Made by a program: the position numbers and the translations under genes | Shown: positions 13,122 through 24,554 of the stretch, in pieces | Numbering within the stretch: the first letter of the stretch is position 1 | Layout of the letters: each line of letters starts with the position of its first letter | The notes under the pieces: model-generated | Told to the model about the DNA's origin: nothing | The model's database searches: none | The model's input: the letters and a program-made list of their open reading frames with translations, nothing else | NCBI GenBank assembly: GCA_010093605.1 | Contig: MU004185.1 | Coordinates: 1,509,334-1,573,333 of the forward strand | Length of the DNA: 64,000 nt | Direction of reading: 5' to 3' | DNA from: Lophium mytilinum | Lineage: Eukaryota

Positions 13122-14315
13122 GGCGCTGAGGCGCCACAGCGCGACGTGTGAGAGGCCTGGGCGGAGGGCAAGTCATCACGTCGAAAGAGCATGCAGTCGC
13201 CTGCAGAAACGTCACCGTGCAGCCCAATCGGCCGTGGGCCGTGGATCCCTGCTGCCCACGCCGCCAAGGGGAGAGCGTGCAAGTCGCGAGGAAAAAGCAA
13301 GGACAGCGCACTTTTCCACGACGTACGGGAGAGGGGGACGAAATTTCCCGATTCTCAATTGACTTTGGCTCGGGGGACAGAGCCCACAAGGGAAGCTGGA
13401 GGTTGCTGGGCCGGGGCGACGACTCGACATATGCGGCCAGGATTACATACGTCGCCAAGCTTCAGAAGACGGTGACGAATGCACTGCACCGCAATCAGAG
13501 GTATGCAACGGCTACAATGCCATGCGTGGCATGCAAACGGTTCGCAGCGCCGATCGGGCGAGTTATGCAAGGCAGGGCAATGCAATCGTCCTCGTTGGTG
13601 GACTGGCATCTAGACAATGAAATAAAAGGCGCAAGCGCAGATCGGGAAAATGCATGGCACGCCGTCATTGGAGGGATGGGAGACGAATTATGTTTGAATT
13701 GGGACAACCTGTCCTCATCGACTGCCGTACGGATACCCCAACACTTCTTCATGCGGAACCGACCAATAGCTACTTTCAAGCAATTATGCTTTCGTGTCAT
13801 TCTAACCCTGTTGAACCTGGACATGGGAAGGGAAAACAAGGAAATAGGGAAAAGGCTAATATTTACAGTTTTGATGTAGGAAAGGTGAAACGACGGGAGT
13901 CGACTTTTGGTGGACCAGAACGCCTGGGAAGACATTTGCTTTTTGAAATAAATCGGTTTTCCTCGACGCTGATAACGCCTTTCCTGACAGAAGAAGTCGA
14001 CATTGACACCAAGCACCAGAAGCTCCATAAGACTATTGAGAAATAACGCCACCAGATTATGCACGAGCGCTCAACGCGGGGGAGATGCTGAGGAGATGCA
14101 AGAAAGCGATCGCCGCCGCAGCGGGGAAGAGCGGAAGCCGTCTGGGATCGGAAGCGAGGTGGGACAAAAGTGGGAGAGAGGCTCCAGGCCTCTCCTCTCT
14201 CTGCCTCGGCCAGCTCCGACAGACCTGCAGCGAAACTGAGACGATGTGTGGGTATCTTGGACATGCAGGGCGTAAAAATGGAAGCAAGCGAAGAGTCCTT
14301 TAGCTCCTTTAGCCC

Positions 14316-15413
14316 TCATAGGGACTTCTCGAGCTTCACCAGCTCCTCGAATGCATCGCGCCACTTGCGGGTCTCCTCCTTGCTTGGCTTGGGGAGCGGC
14401 TTGCGGGCGTAACCTCCATAGCCAAAGTGGGCCATCAAGGCTGCCTTGGTGCCAATGATGCCGCCCTGGATGGCGGCCCAGTCTCCGCGAGCCACGATGG
14501 CTTGCAGCCTGCGTGCTTCCTTCAGCTCGCCGGCCTCGAAGAGGTTCATTAGCTTGACGCAGGCCTTTGGTGCAATGTTGGCCATTCCGCCAATGACACC
14601 AGAGCCGCCACCGATCAAGGTCTGTAGGGTGAAGTCGACAGAGCCGCCCATGCACATGAAGCCCGAGCCTGGCTCAGACATGGTCGCGGCTCGGGTCGCG
14701 GCTGCGACTCGGTTCAGCTTGCCCGTGTTGCCACATGTGAGCTTGCAGCCGACGATGTTGTGGTGCTGCGCGAGCTCGATGATGGCGTCCGAATTGAGGT
14801 CCAGGCCCGACACCGCTCCGGGATAGTTGTAGATCAGGATGGGAACCGGGGATGCACTAGCGACATCCTTGAAGAAGCTAACAATAGTGTCTTTCGAGAA
14901 GAGGCCCTGGTAGTATCCGGGGGGCAGCACTAACGCATAGTCACCGCCATCGGCTGCCGCTTCATTACAGAGCTCAATTGTCTCCTTGGTTGATTGGGCG
15001 CCACATCCAACGATGATGGGCATGTAGCCAAAGCCTGCGTCGTCAAGAGCCTTGCGAGTCGTCCTGGTAACAAGGCTACGCTCCTTGTGGGAGAGATGCA
15101 CCGCCTCGCCATTGGAGCCCTGGGTGGTGATACCGGCGACGCCCGCCTCGGCTAAACGAACAGCGTGCGTCGATGTGGTCTTGACGTCTACGTCTTCCGT
15201 GGCGGAATCGAAGAAAGCAACAGTGGGGACGTAGATGCCCGGCAGCAACGGACGGTGGATGTCCATGGATTCTACAGAACTGGTCTCGAAGTTGTCAAAG
15301 TGAGCCTGGTTGAAGATGTGCTGAACGGCCTGAGAGCGGACAGATAGGCCGTTGAAGCTGTTGCCGTTGGTGAAGCTGCCGTTCGGAGATGGCGCGTCGT
15401 TGTGAGGAGACAT
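14316..15413 (-). CDS. Dihydrodipicolinate synthase (DapA/NAL) family aldolase, related to fungal L-threo-3-deoxy-hexulosonate aldolases
   Basis: GIYVPTVAFF, QGSNGEAVHL, IIVGCGAQST, LIYNYPG and the Schiff-base Lys in IVGCKLT. Intronless, 365 aa. Confidence 0.9.
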   Translation of the reverse strand: MSPHNDAPSPNGSFTNGNSFNGLSVRSQAVQHIFNQAHFDNFETSSVESMDIHRPLLPGIYVPTVAFFDSATEDVDVKTTSTHAVRLAEAGVAGITTQGSNGEAVHLSHKERSLVTRTTRKALDDAGFGYMPIIVGCGAQSTKETIELCNEAAADGGDYALVLPPGYYQGLFSKDTIVSFFKDVASASPVPILIYNYPGAVSGLDLNSDAIIELAQHHNIVGCKLTCGNTGKLNRVAAATRAATMSEPGSGFMCMGGSVDFTLQTLIGGGSGVIGGMANIAPKACVKLMNLFEAGELKEARRLQAIVARGDWAAIQGGIIGTKAALMAHFGYGGYARKPLPKPSKEETRKWRDAFEELVKLEKSL

Positions 15414-18400
15414 GGCTGAGAAGAAGGGCTTTCTATAAAAGGAAGAGGAGGAGGTCTATGATGTATGGAACGAGTTTACTTTGAGCAAACGGCAAACGGC
15501 AATGACAATGGACACGGATAGAATACGTCAACAACGATGAAAGGTACCAACCGTGGAGGGGCGAAGGCCTTAAGTAGTCCCACAGCGGAGATGTCCATTG
15601 CACCTGGGCCATGTTGGGGGTGGGGGTCCAGCTGACGGAGGTCAGTGAAGCAAGGCGGGAAAAGCTCCCTCGTACGCACAGAGGTGGGCATGCATCAGAT
15701 GAGGCAACCGACGCAGCGTCGCAACCAAGGAGGCGGTGACTTCGGCGGCACTGGTTCTGACCGCTTCGCTGCCAGGCACGGCTGCCGCGTGCGTCTCAGC
15801 ATGACAAGAGACCAATGGCGGGGCCTCCAGGGCTGATTGTGCAGCAGGTTGCTTTTTTCTGCGCTTCCACAGCGTGAAGAGAGGGCGAGGACCCCAGGAC
15901 GGATCTTGGCCGGAGACGGGGGCGCTCGCCTTGTGACGATCTCTGCAAGCGCACCCAGCACTCTGATAGGCAGATCGCCCGCCCCCGTCACGCCCATGCG
16001 AAGGGACGGCGGGCTCCAAGAAACGGCGAAGGAGCGCGCGAAGGCGGTGCGTGTGGGGGTGGAGCAGACAGCGCCGGTGGCATCGCCAGAGCAGCTTGAG
16101 GTATCATCTGATATCACGACCGCGACGCTGGGCCTCGCTGCCATTCGTGGTGCCAGTGCCGGCGTCTAGCAGGCCTCGCAGGCCCCGCAGGCCCGAATGC
16201 AAAGGGTAAGAGAAACAGACGTGGCAGACGGAGGGGACGAGCAGCGTCTGAAGCGCAAGGCACTCAAACCCTAGGGTCGTCACAAGACCGCAAACACTCA
16301 GCATCCTCGACGCCTAGCATGCTCGCGCCTAGCATCCGTTGTTCCCGGTCCCGACCCAAAAAGGCCCCTTGTTTTGTGGCATCTGCTGCGTTTCTAGGGT
16401 TGCATGACGACGCCAAAGCCCGCGCAAAGCTTACCCCCACGCGCTCCCAGCTTCGACGCATCTTCTATTCTTGCGGTGGCGCACCTGGGCCATGATCTCG
16501 TCCTGTTCATTTCCCGACAACCACCACACGCAGAGCCTCGCAGGGAACTCGCTGCTGCTTTCGGCCTACCGGCTCTCGTCACAGTGATCCCATCGCCGGT
16601 CGGCTCACTATCTGCTGCCTCCTGCCCCCTCAGGTCCGGCGGATCCACTGGGCTGCTTCACGACAGCAAGGAAGTAGGGCGGAGGAGACGTGCTTGCGAC
16701 AGGGCCGCACACCGGCGCTGTCAGCAGGCACGCATGGGCATCCCCAAGGCAAACAGGCGACCCAAGGCAACGGAGAGATCCAGCCTCTCGTTGCTTTTGA
16801 CACCCAGAGGCCGGGCTCGCCGCCTTCGTGCCCTCGTTTACTGCCGGTTCCTGAGCGGCGGCACGAACCCCCACGCCATCCTGAGCAGACGCCGGCCACG
16901 GCAAGCAAGTGGCGACGTCCACCCCTCGCGTGGCCTGGCCGGTAGGAGCACCGAGAGGCACGTTGAACGAGGCAGCGACTTGCCACTGTGCTCAGCTGCG
17001 TGCTCGTGGAAATTAGAGTCGGTACGCCCTCACTGACGACCCCATATGCGACCAGGGCTTGGCGCACAGACTGCGACACCACCATGGCACGAGAGATGAA
17101 GAGATTTCCGCTGCTGCAGCATCGGGGCTGTACGCTGGTCGCGTAAGAAGAAGCCCAGGGTGCTGAATTGAGGGCCTGTAGTCTGGGGAGACGTTGTGCG
17201 CGCAGTGACGGCCGCGAATGGCGCGAGGCACAGTTGAGTTGGGCTCTCACGACCCCGGATGCCTGCATGCAGCAGATGCAGTCTATTTACCCCACAGTCT
17301 GTCGATCCAAGACATGGCGTCCCCGCTTCCAGCACTGTCGGGTCGCACAGCTAAGGATACACCTGCGCAAACTGGCGTGTCAGAGCCGCGAAACCGTCTG
17401 ACTCGCAGAGCTCGAGCAGCAGCCCAGCCTCGACTGCTGCACGCAATGCGGACACCAATGTGCCCGCGCCGCCCTCTGCGAATGCTGGCGGTCGAAACAT
17501 GTGTCTCGACAGAAGGGGACCGCCCTGCCCCTCCTCCGCAATCGGCATGTGACGCTAGCGAGAGCACTACCGGCGGGCAGCGCCTCCTTCCGTACAGGGT
17601 TGCTCATGCACTTTGAGGCGCAAGTAATTGAACCGACAGAATTTTTTAGCTCTCGTTCGTCCCAAAGCCCAGATAGCCATCAGAGGAAATTTTCGGCGCA
17701 GGGAATATTGAAGACTACAGACAGCCAGCAAGGAGTCGCGCCAGTCACTTCAATATCCCGCGGGATGAGTGACACAGAGTGGAGCCCAGGCGCAAATTTT
17801 TCTGTGCTCGAGGGCTAACAGAGATCGCTAGGAAACCAACGACAAAGAGAAAGCAACGGAGTAGTGTTTGATTGCTGGAAGAAATTGCCGACTCGTTCTC
17901 TCTGCAACCCTCCAACTGTCGATGCGCCTAACTCGGTATGCCGTATCGGCCTGGTGACTGCGCCTCCCCCGTCGTATAACGTACGCTACCGTTTGAATGA
18001 CAGGCGACAACTCGACCACATCTAGGACGCTGTTCCTGGCCGGGTCCGCCCCCCTCACTTCAGTAAGCTCAAGTCGTCAAATCATGGTTGGCCTGGTCGG
18101 ACTTTGACATCCGAAAACTCTTCGGATCGACGCATTTGCCGAACGGATTGCGTGTTCGAGGCGCGATTACCTGCATGAGGGCTCTAGATCATCCCGAGCA
18201 CAAGTCCGGGCTTCATTGGCTGTCTTGCTTGAGCTTCGCCACCTTACCTTCAACGTCAATTGCGGGGAGAGATCTGGCATCACGGCGTCTTTCAACATTC
18301 ATTCGGTCCTATCCGTGTCATGCGCGTGGGATGTCTCTCTGTTTCGTATCTATCATACGATCTCGCCACTTTCGGGACGATCTGATGCGAACTTGTGGAA

Positions 18401-19399
18401 GTCACCGCGGAAATAAGATATCTGGACGGTTCTCGGCCAAGGAACGACCCCGCCTATACAATTTCTATTGCTTCCAAACTCGTCATTGCATCCGAACTTT
18501 TAGTAATGCCCTAGGACTTTCCTACTATTCAGAACTGGACACCCCTCCTGACCGTATCCAGCGCGGAAGTCCGCCCTTGTGGCACGAATGCCGGATTTTG
18601 TGGCTGCATGTGGCATCGATGAGGGCGCTTAGTGGATGTAGGCGGACACTTCTCTCGTAATCCAAAGGAGCTGCCCGTCAATTCTTACGAGGTGGTAACG
18701 CCAGCCGGATGTAACAATCTCAGAAGCGGCAGCTTGGAGCCGTGGTTTCAAACTCCTTCGGCGAATCTTATGCCGCAAATTTTCCCGAAAACGCCGACTT
18801 GATCCAACTCCCCTCTTCGAAAATTGCTACTCCTGGTGCACGATTCTTGGACCGACCGCCGTTCTCCGCGACTATCTCCATGCTTTCCGCCTGTAGCCAT
18901 GGAGTTCGCCTGTCGCTTCTAGAAAGTCTCCTACTGACCTTAGTGATCTAGCATGGGGTACTGCCTCTAGGGATGCAACATGTACTCAGATACACCCAAT
19001 AGAGAGCCAATTGCTACTAACACTTCAAACAGCTTAAGCAGCTGCGCTCGCTCTCCACAACTACACGGTCGTCACATCCATGGTCAAAGTATGAGATGTC
19101 CTCTATTAAAGACAATCTTCATAACCATTAGCCATCGCACCCATATACGCGCGAAGATTCTAGAGTCGCAGTTGCACGGTATTTGTGCGCCATTGACTAC
19201 TAGCGATGAGAGACTAATTGCTTGTGTCATAGGCTCAATGAAATAGATGGCTGTATTGCGCGCCCTTGCTTTGCATCTCGATCGTTTAGGATCGAGCTAC
19301 CTGAAGCTGACCAGGACAGCCATATCGGAATTTAGTCGATCGCAAACGACAGCGAAGCTAGCCTCTAGCCTAATTGCTGTCCAGACGATGTTCCTGCAA

Positions 19400-21300
19400 A
19401 ACCGAACCCAATGATGATGAACCGCTGCATCGCAGACCAGCTTTCTGGTATCACTCAGCACAGCTTCTATGGCTTATCCTAGAGCTATCGACTCGAATCG
19501 CCCTGGTCCGGTCAAAACTCGATTCCCTCTTGACCTTCTGGGCTTCGGCATCTCGCTCTCCATATGGCGTAGTTTATCTTACAGGAATCCGAAGGCAATA
19601 CGAATTAGTCCTTATCGCCAATCAACCTTACTACTGGCAGTCCACTGAACTAAACTTACATCCCCTTTCGGGAGATCGGCAGCTACGGAATGCTACCCGT
19701 GGGCCGCAGATGAATCACGCGGATCTTCTCACCAATCTTACTTCCTCGCCGAAGCCGAGCCAGTGGCTTGTCCCACCCCTGCGCCCCAAACGTTTATCAA
19801 GAAGCTTCAAAAACTTTAGTAAACCGTGGGGTATGCGGGGCTACTTATCTAGCCGATTGTCGCTCCACAGGACTTCACACTTCAAAATTCAATGGAAGTC
19901 GACATGCGCAGGTTTCATCATCCCAACTAGGTCTCTCGTGGTCTGATCGCGGCAACTGCATCCCCAGTACCTCCGCCAGGCTACCAATGGGACGAAGTTC
20001 AGTGTCGAGGAAGATATGAGAAATCATTGTGTGTCATGGGAAAATCGCACGAATGTGGCTTGCGTTGTGGTTGAGTTAAGCGTTGCAACCACGGGACGCT
20101 TGTCGGCTCCAGACTTCTGGGCTCGTGGGGCAATGCCCCTATGAAAAATATTTTGAACAACGCATTAACGACAAGACCTCAGGTCTGCGCCGAGAGTGGA
20201 GGAAGGCGTTTACTATATCAACATCCGCAGGACAGAGATGCACTGTGTCGGCTGCCGATTCGACGCTGGGTATGTACCGAGACAGCACGCGATTCCGTCT
20301 CTTATTTTGCATCTGCATGTCTCTGCTTCTGGTGCTTAATGGTAGTTGACATACGGAGTCTAGTAGAGGCGACGCATGATCCTGAACAACTTGATGTTGC
20401 TGATTCGTGGCACGTAGTCGATCCTTTTTCGAAAAGATTCACGGCTCATCAAATTCGCCAACCTCGTTGGCCATTGCTGCATTAGCTTTGCTGCACCATT
20501 ATACGGCCAAGTCCCCTTTTCGCCCTACCCGCAGCGTTAGGTACGGTTTTGCGAAGTCGCAAAAAGCAAAACTTAGATCGACAATGGCTGCTTTTTCTGG
20601 CCTCGTGCGGAAGGCTTCGGTAGGCTGCCGCAACTCCAACGTGTCTTCCCAGGGGCCTCACCGCATGGCTACACATCTTCCACCTTGCAGCAAGCTTACT
20701 TCGTCGAAGACCGCATTAGCGTACGCTTTCACTTACCCCTCTGCTCTTCTGCATCCGCCGCTTTGCCGTTTGCGAGTCGGAAATTAAGGCACACCTGTCA
20801 GATCCTGGCCGCGTGATGTCGCCTGCCGACGGTCATCATGCAGAATCCCGTTTCACGATACAAGCTATTCCTATATAGTCTACTTCGGGGATTCTTCCGG
20901 GCCGTTTCTGCCTTTGCTGCCAACAGGTGCGTTCAACGTGTCCCGGTTTCTTGAACATCTGTTCTCGAAACGTGCAAAATAAACGGCTTGCATGGGATCG
21001 GGCCTCAACGTGCTCACGATGTGTTATTGCGATGATCATGCCCAATACTGCCTCCAGGTAACCTGTGAAATTGACTTCGCAACCATTCCGTTATTCTCCT
21101 GCATATGTCAGTTCTTGCAAAGTCAATCGATGCCAAGGGATCATATCTCAAACATTGCGCAAACGGCGCTTGAACAGGCTGCGGCATGTTCTGTCGAACG
21201 AGCTCTCGCTGCTCAGAGTTTCTTGTTTATCTTCTCAGTCCTCCAAGCTTCGATACGGTTTAGCGAATTACCCTTTCTTCCCGTTGCTGACGTTGCGTAG
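19400..21300 (+). pseudogene. Possible decayed fungal-specific transcription factor (Fungal_trans-like) remnant
   Basis: Motif fragments lie in collinear order across broken frames: LSLHRTSHFKIQW (~19860), MWLALWLS* (~20053), TLGMYRD (~20263) and FWCLMVVDIRS (~20327). They resemble LHRPTF / LGLHRD / WWxxxxLD. No intact ORF and no Zn2Cys6 knuckle were found. Confidence 0.3.
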
Positions 21301-22999
21301 ACCCTGCATGCACTCGGTTTCTCTTCATCCTCGCCACACCACGTCAACCCTTTTTTCAATTCTCAGCTCACTTCCAAACTTCTGGACCCGTCCCGGCGGC
21401 CTCCGATGCCTTATCCAACGCCATGGCGAGTCTGCAGAATGCACTAAAATACCAAGCCGTCGGGGAAGCGGGTGGGGTCAGCCGCTCCCGAAGACCTGGG
21501 CCTGACTATCGAATATTGGGCAGACCTGCGTTCTGTTTTTCAGGTTGTGTAGTTTCGTGAACCCTGAAAAGAGCGCCACGCGCCTTGTCTACTGAAGTGG
21601 CTGCACCAAGATGCTAGAAGGCGCCGGAAATGCTTCACCGCTTTCTCGTGCTTACGGCTTTGCTTTTTGCAGAAGCAGATAGGTTGGTAGGTCAAACAAC
21701 AGGCTTGAAGAAGGAGGAGAGCTGGGATTTGCTATGACGGAGGTAGGTGCGTATGGTAGGTCCACTTTGCTAGTCTCTCGATTATTCGAATGAAAATGTA
21801 CGCCATTACTGTTTCGTAATATTCAGACTGAATGTATTTCCATACTCGTGGAGCCTGTTAATCCGATGGCGGAATGATGGAGTGCGATACTTATGAGCGA
21901 CGCAAGCCACAACAGCGGTGATCTGGTTGAGCTTGACCGTCATCGTATTACTTCACCGTCGCTACATACCCCATGACGATCAAGTCCTAGGTGATTTTCG
22001 GATCGAACAAGGCATGCGTAACTTTGATCTACGTCTGTTTCCGCGACCTCCGGCCCCTTTGATCCTTCTCTTAGGTGTCAGCTCTATTCATCACCGCCGC
22101 TTGACCCTCAAGGTCCGATGTAGGTAAATCACGGTACCCCTTCTTGTCCACTTCCCTCTGCCCCACACCTAATTAAAACCCCTCCAAAACAGTGTCTCAG
22201 CGAAGTATCCCGAGTCGGCTGGTTCGAAAGTGATCATCTTGCTATCCGTCCGTCTGGGTCTCGACAGTGCCGTTAGGAGTCTGGGTCTTGCCCAAGCGTC
22301 GCGTGAGAGTGTTCCAAGCCTGAGAGCTGACGATCGGAAAGCCACCCTCGGACACGGTGCGCAACGGGATTTACATCCTGATACTGCCGCTGGCCATAAG
22401 AAAATAATGGGGTCGATGTAGTAGGGTGGTGCTCGGGCGAGGAGTACGGTAGGGAAGACCTCGGGAGGTGGAATGGGCGGGCTTTTCTAAGGCGCGCTCG
22501 CGGACCCCACCACTATTTCAACGGCGCATCAATCTTATTCTTCCAAAATTTCGTCGGTCATACCCTTGCGCTAGACGTATCCCGTCATGGCGTTGTATCG
22601 GTGCTAGGATGTGTGGTTGTTGAGTTATTTGAGAAAAGGTGGTGTCGGCCTCGAAATTCGAGGAAATCCTCTCGCTCTGTGCTCAATGGCTTGGCGGCGG
22701 CCAAGAGTTGCCGAATAAGTGTGGCCACCGGTGTTGTCGGCGGCCGAAGCCTGTGGTAAGTCGGTCGCGGAGGGCGCCGAATGTCTGTGAGAAGGGCTTC
22801 ACCGTTTTCAGGGTCTATGATGTTTCCTCGAGAGGCACGCCTATAGTTCATCTAATCGAAATGATAAAGCCACTCGAACGATCTCTCCGCTACAATGTAG
22901 TACTACGCCGCCTTCACCATCTACCCACCCTTAATACCAACCACCTTCGCCCCATCATGATAGCTAAGACCGCCGTGGCTACCGACACCCCCGACATCA

Positions 23000-23359
23000 C
23001 TACACCGGCGACACCGCATCCGTTGTGACCAACCCAACTATTCCTCCAAGCTTCGCCCCAAACCACCCGAGGATCCCACACAACGCGTTGCACACCACCA
23101 TAACTATGCAAGCCGCCAGCATGAATATACCACTTGCGAATTCCCACAGCCCCTTGACCACCGCAAAGAGCAGCACCAGAAACAACATTAATAGCGCGAT
23201 ACCGAGCATGGACATTACGAAGAGCCACAAGATGGCTGGCGCTCTGAGGAGGTAGCGATACCGGCGCTCGGAGGGGATTAGGTCGGCGTACGGCTTTAGA
23301 AATGCATCCGAGGAGGGCTCGAATGGGGAGGCTACGGGATCTGTGGAGCGAGTTAGCAT
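23000..23359 (-). CDS. Hypothetical small membrane protein
   Basis: 119-aa ATG ORF with two long hydrophobic stretches (ILWLFVMSMLGIALLMLFLVLLFAVV; IFMLAACIVMVVCNALCGILGWF). Confidence 0.4.
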   Translation of the reverse strand: MLTRSTDPVASPFEPSSDAFLKPYADLIPSERRYRYLLRAPAILWLFVMSMLGIALLMLFLVLLFAVVKGLWEFASGIFMLAACIVMVVCNALCGILGWFGAKLGGIVGLVTTDAVSPV

Positions 23360-23432
23360 GGTGTGAGCTAGAAATATTGCGCTATTGCCGTTTCGAAGTG
23401 TGGCCAGACGGCGTTCCCCTGAGGCAGCCTGC

Positions 23433-23888
23433 TCACTTCATTTTCACAAATCGTCCAAAATTATTCATGCCACTTTCGAATGTCTCGAAATGGGATAATT
23501 TAGGGGAAGACACACACTCGTACGTACCTGACGCAAGCACCTCCGCAGCCTCGACATCTGCTACTGTAGCCGGGCACGGCATGATGCCCATGCGCCGAGT
23601 GAGGCTCGCAGGGAAGACTTGAAAACTGATTTTGTCGAGGAAGGGCGGCTTGTCGTTCTCTGACCCCGTGGACTCGGCTTCGGCTTCGGTGACGGCATTG
23701 GGAAGATTCTGGCTTTGTTCGTCGTCGTCGTCAACATCGGAAACGGTGCCAGCCATAGAATCACTAGAATCCGTGTCCGTCCAATCGTTGCTGGACATAG
23801 ATGGTGTCGGAATCTCGCTGAGGCTCGAGGTGTCGCTGGAGGCCTCGCTGGCCCAGTGCTCGGGGTTGGTTCGGGTGTAGCTGCTCAT
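23433..23888 (-). CDS. Hypothetical acidic/Ser-rich protein
   Basis: 151-aa ATG ORF with biased D/S/E composition; no recognisable domain. Confidence 0.35.
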   Translation of the reverse strand: MSSYTRTNPEHWASEASSDTSSLSEIPTPSMSSNDWTDTDSSDSMAGTVSDVDDDDEQSQNLPNAVTEAEAESTGSENDKPPFLDKISFQVFPASLTRRMGIMPCPATVADVEAAEVLASGTYECVSSPKLSHFETFESGMNNFGRFVKMK

Positions 23889-24554
23889 TTTAGCTACTGC
23901 TTCAGGTGGTTTTCGGAGATGGAGCTGTCTTGATATGGGGAATGACGATGCAAAGAAGATGGGAGGTGGCAGGTTTTGTGTGCGAGTTTTTGTTGCTGAA
24001 CCATGGGTGGATAGGAAGGCTTATACCTATTGCCAAGATAAGATGGAATCAGTGATTCATGGTTCGATTTTCTCGGCAACAAGTTTCAAAGCTAGGCGGT
24101 TCCAGTATTCGGAAAAACGACACAATTGTGACCGCGGAACTCTGGCTTCGTTCGTTATAAATTAGCGTCGTGTGATCGGCTGCCTGAGGGCTCTTAGACG
24201 TCCTAAAGAGGTAGCAATTGGGATAGGTAGGCGAAAGCTTGGAACTCGAGAACATGTATAAACTAGTAACCCCGTACATAATAGACCACCAAGTCGATAA
24301 AATCGCGTTTACTCTACTCGCCAGACTTTTTGAAGTTTCGTCGATATCAACCACTGGCGTATTCCCTGGCCACCTCTAGGTCTTATGGGTAGCTTGAAAG
24401 AACGTACTGTCGCTCGCCCACTCTCCAAACTCTTGCCCCAATTAGATCACTGTTCGAACAGGCGGGATTTGACTGAGCGAATGGACTACGACAAGCGGTC
24501 ACATTGCTGGCATTAAGGAGACTCTTTGGTCGAAACAAACTCAAGGAAGGGCCA

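Noticed and set aside
12517..13879. Long ORFs 12517-13458 (-) and 13148-13879 (+)
   Set aside because: Arg/Pro/Ala-rich translations of GC-rich sequence with no motifs; one runs through a microsatellite.
17428..17490. Cys-rich frame CCTQCGHQCARAALCEC as a possible Zn cluster
   Set aside because: The spacing does not fit Zn2Cys6 or other zinc fingers, and there is no supporting gene structure.
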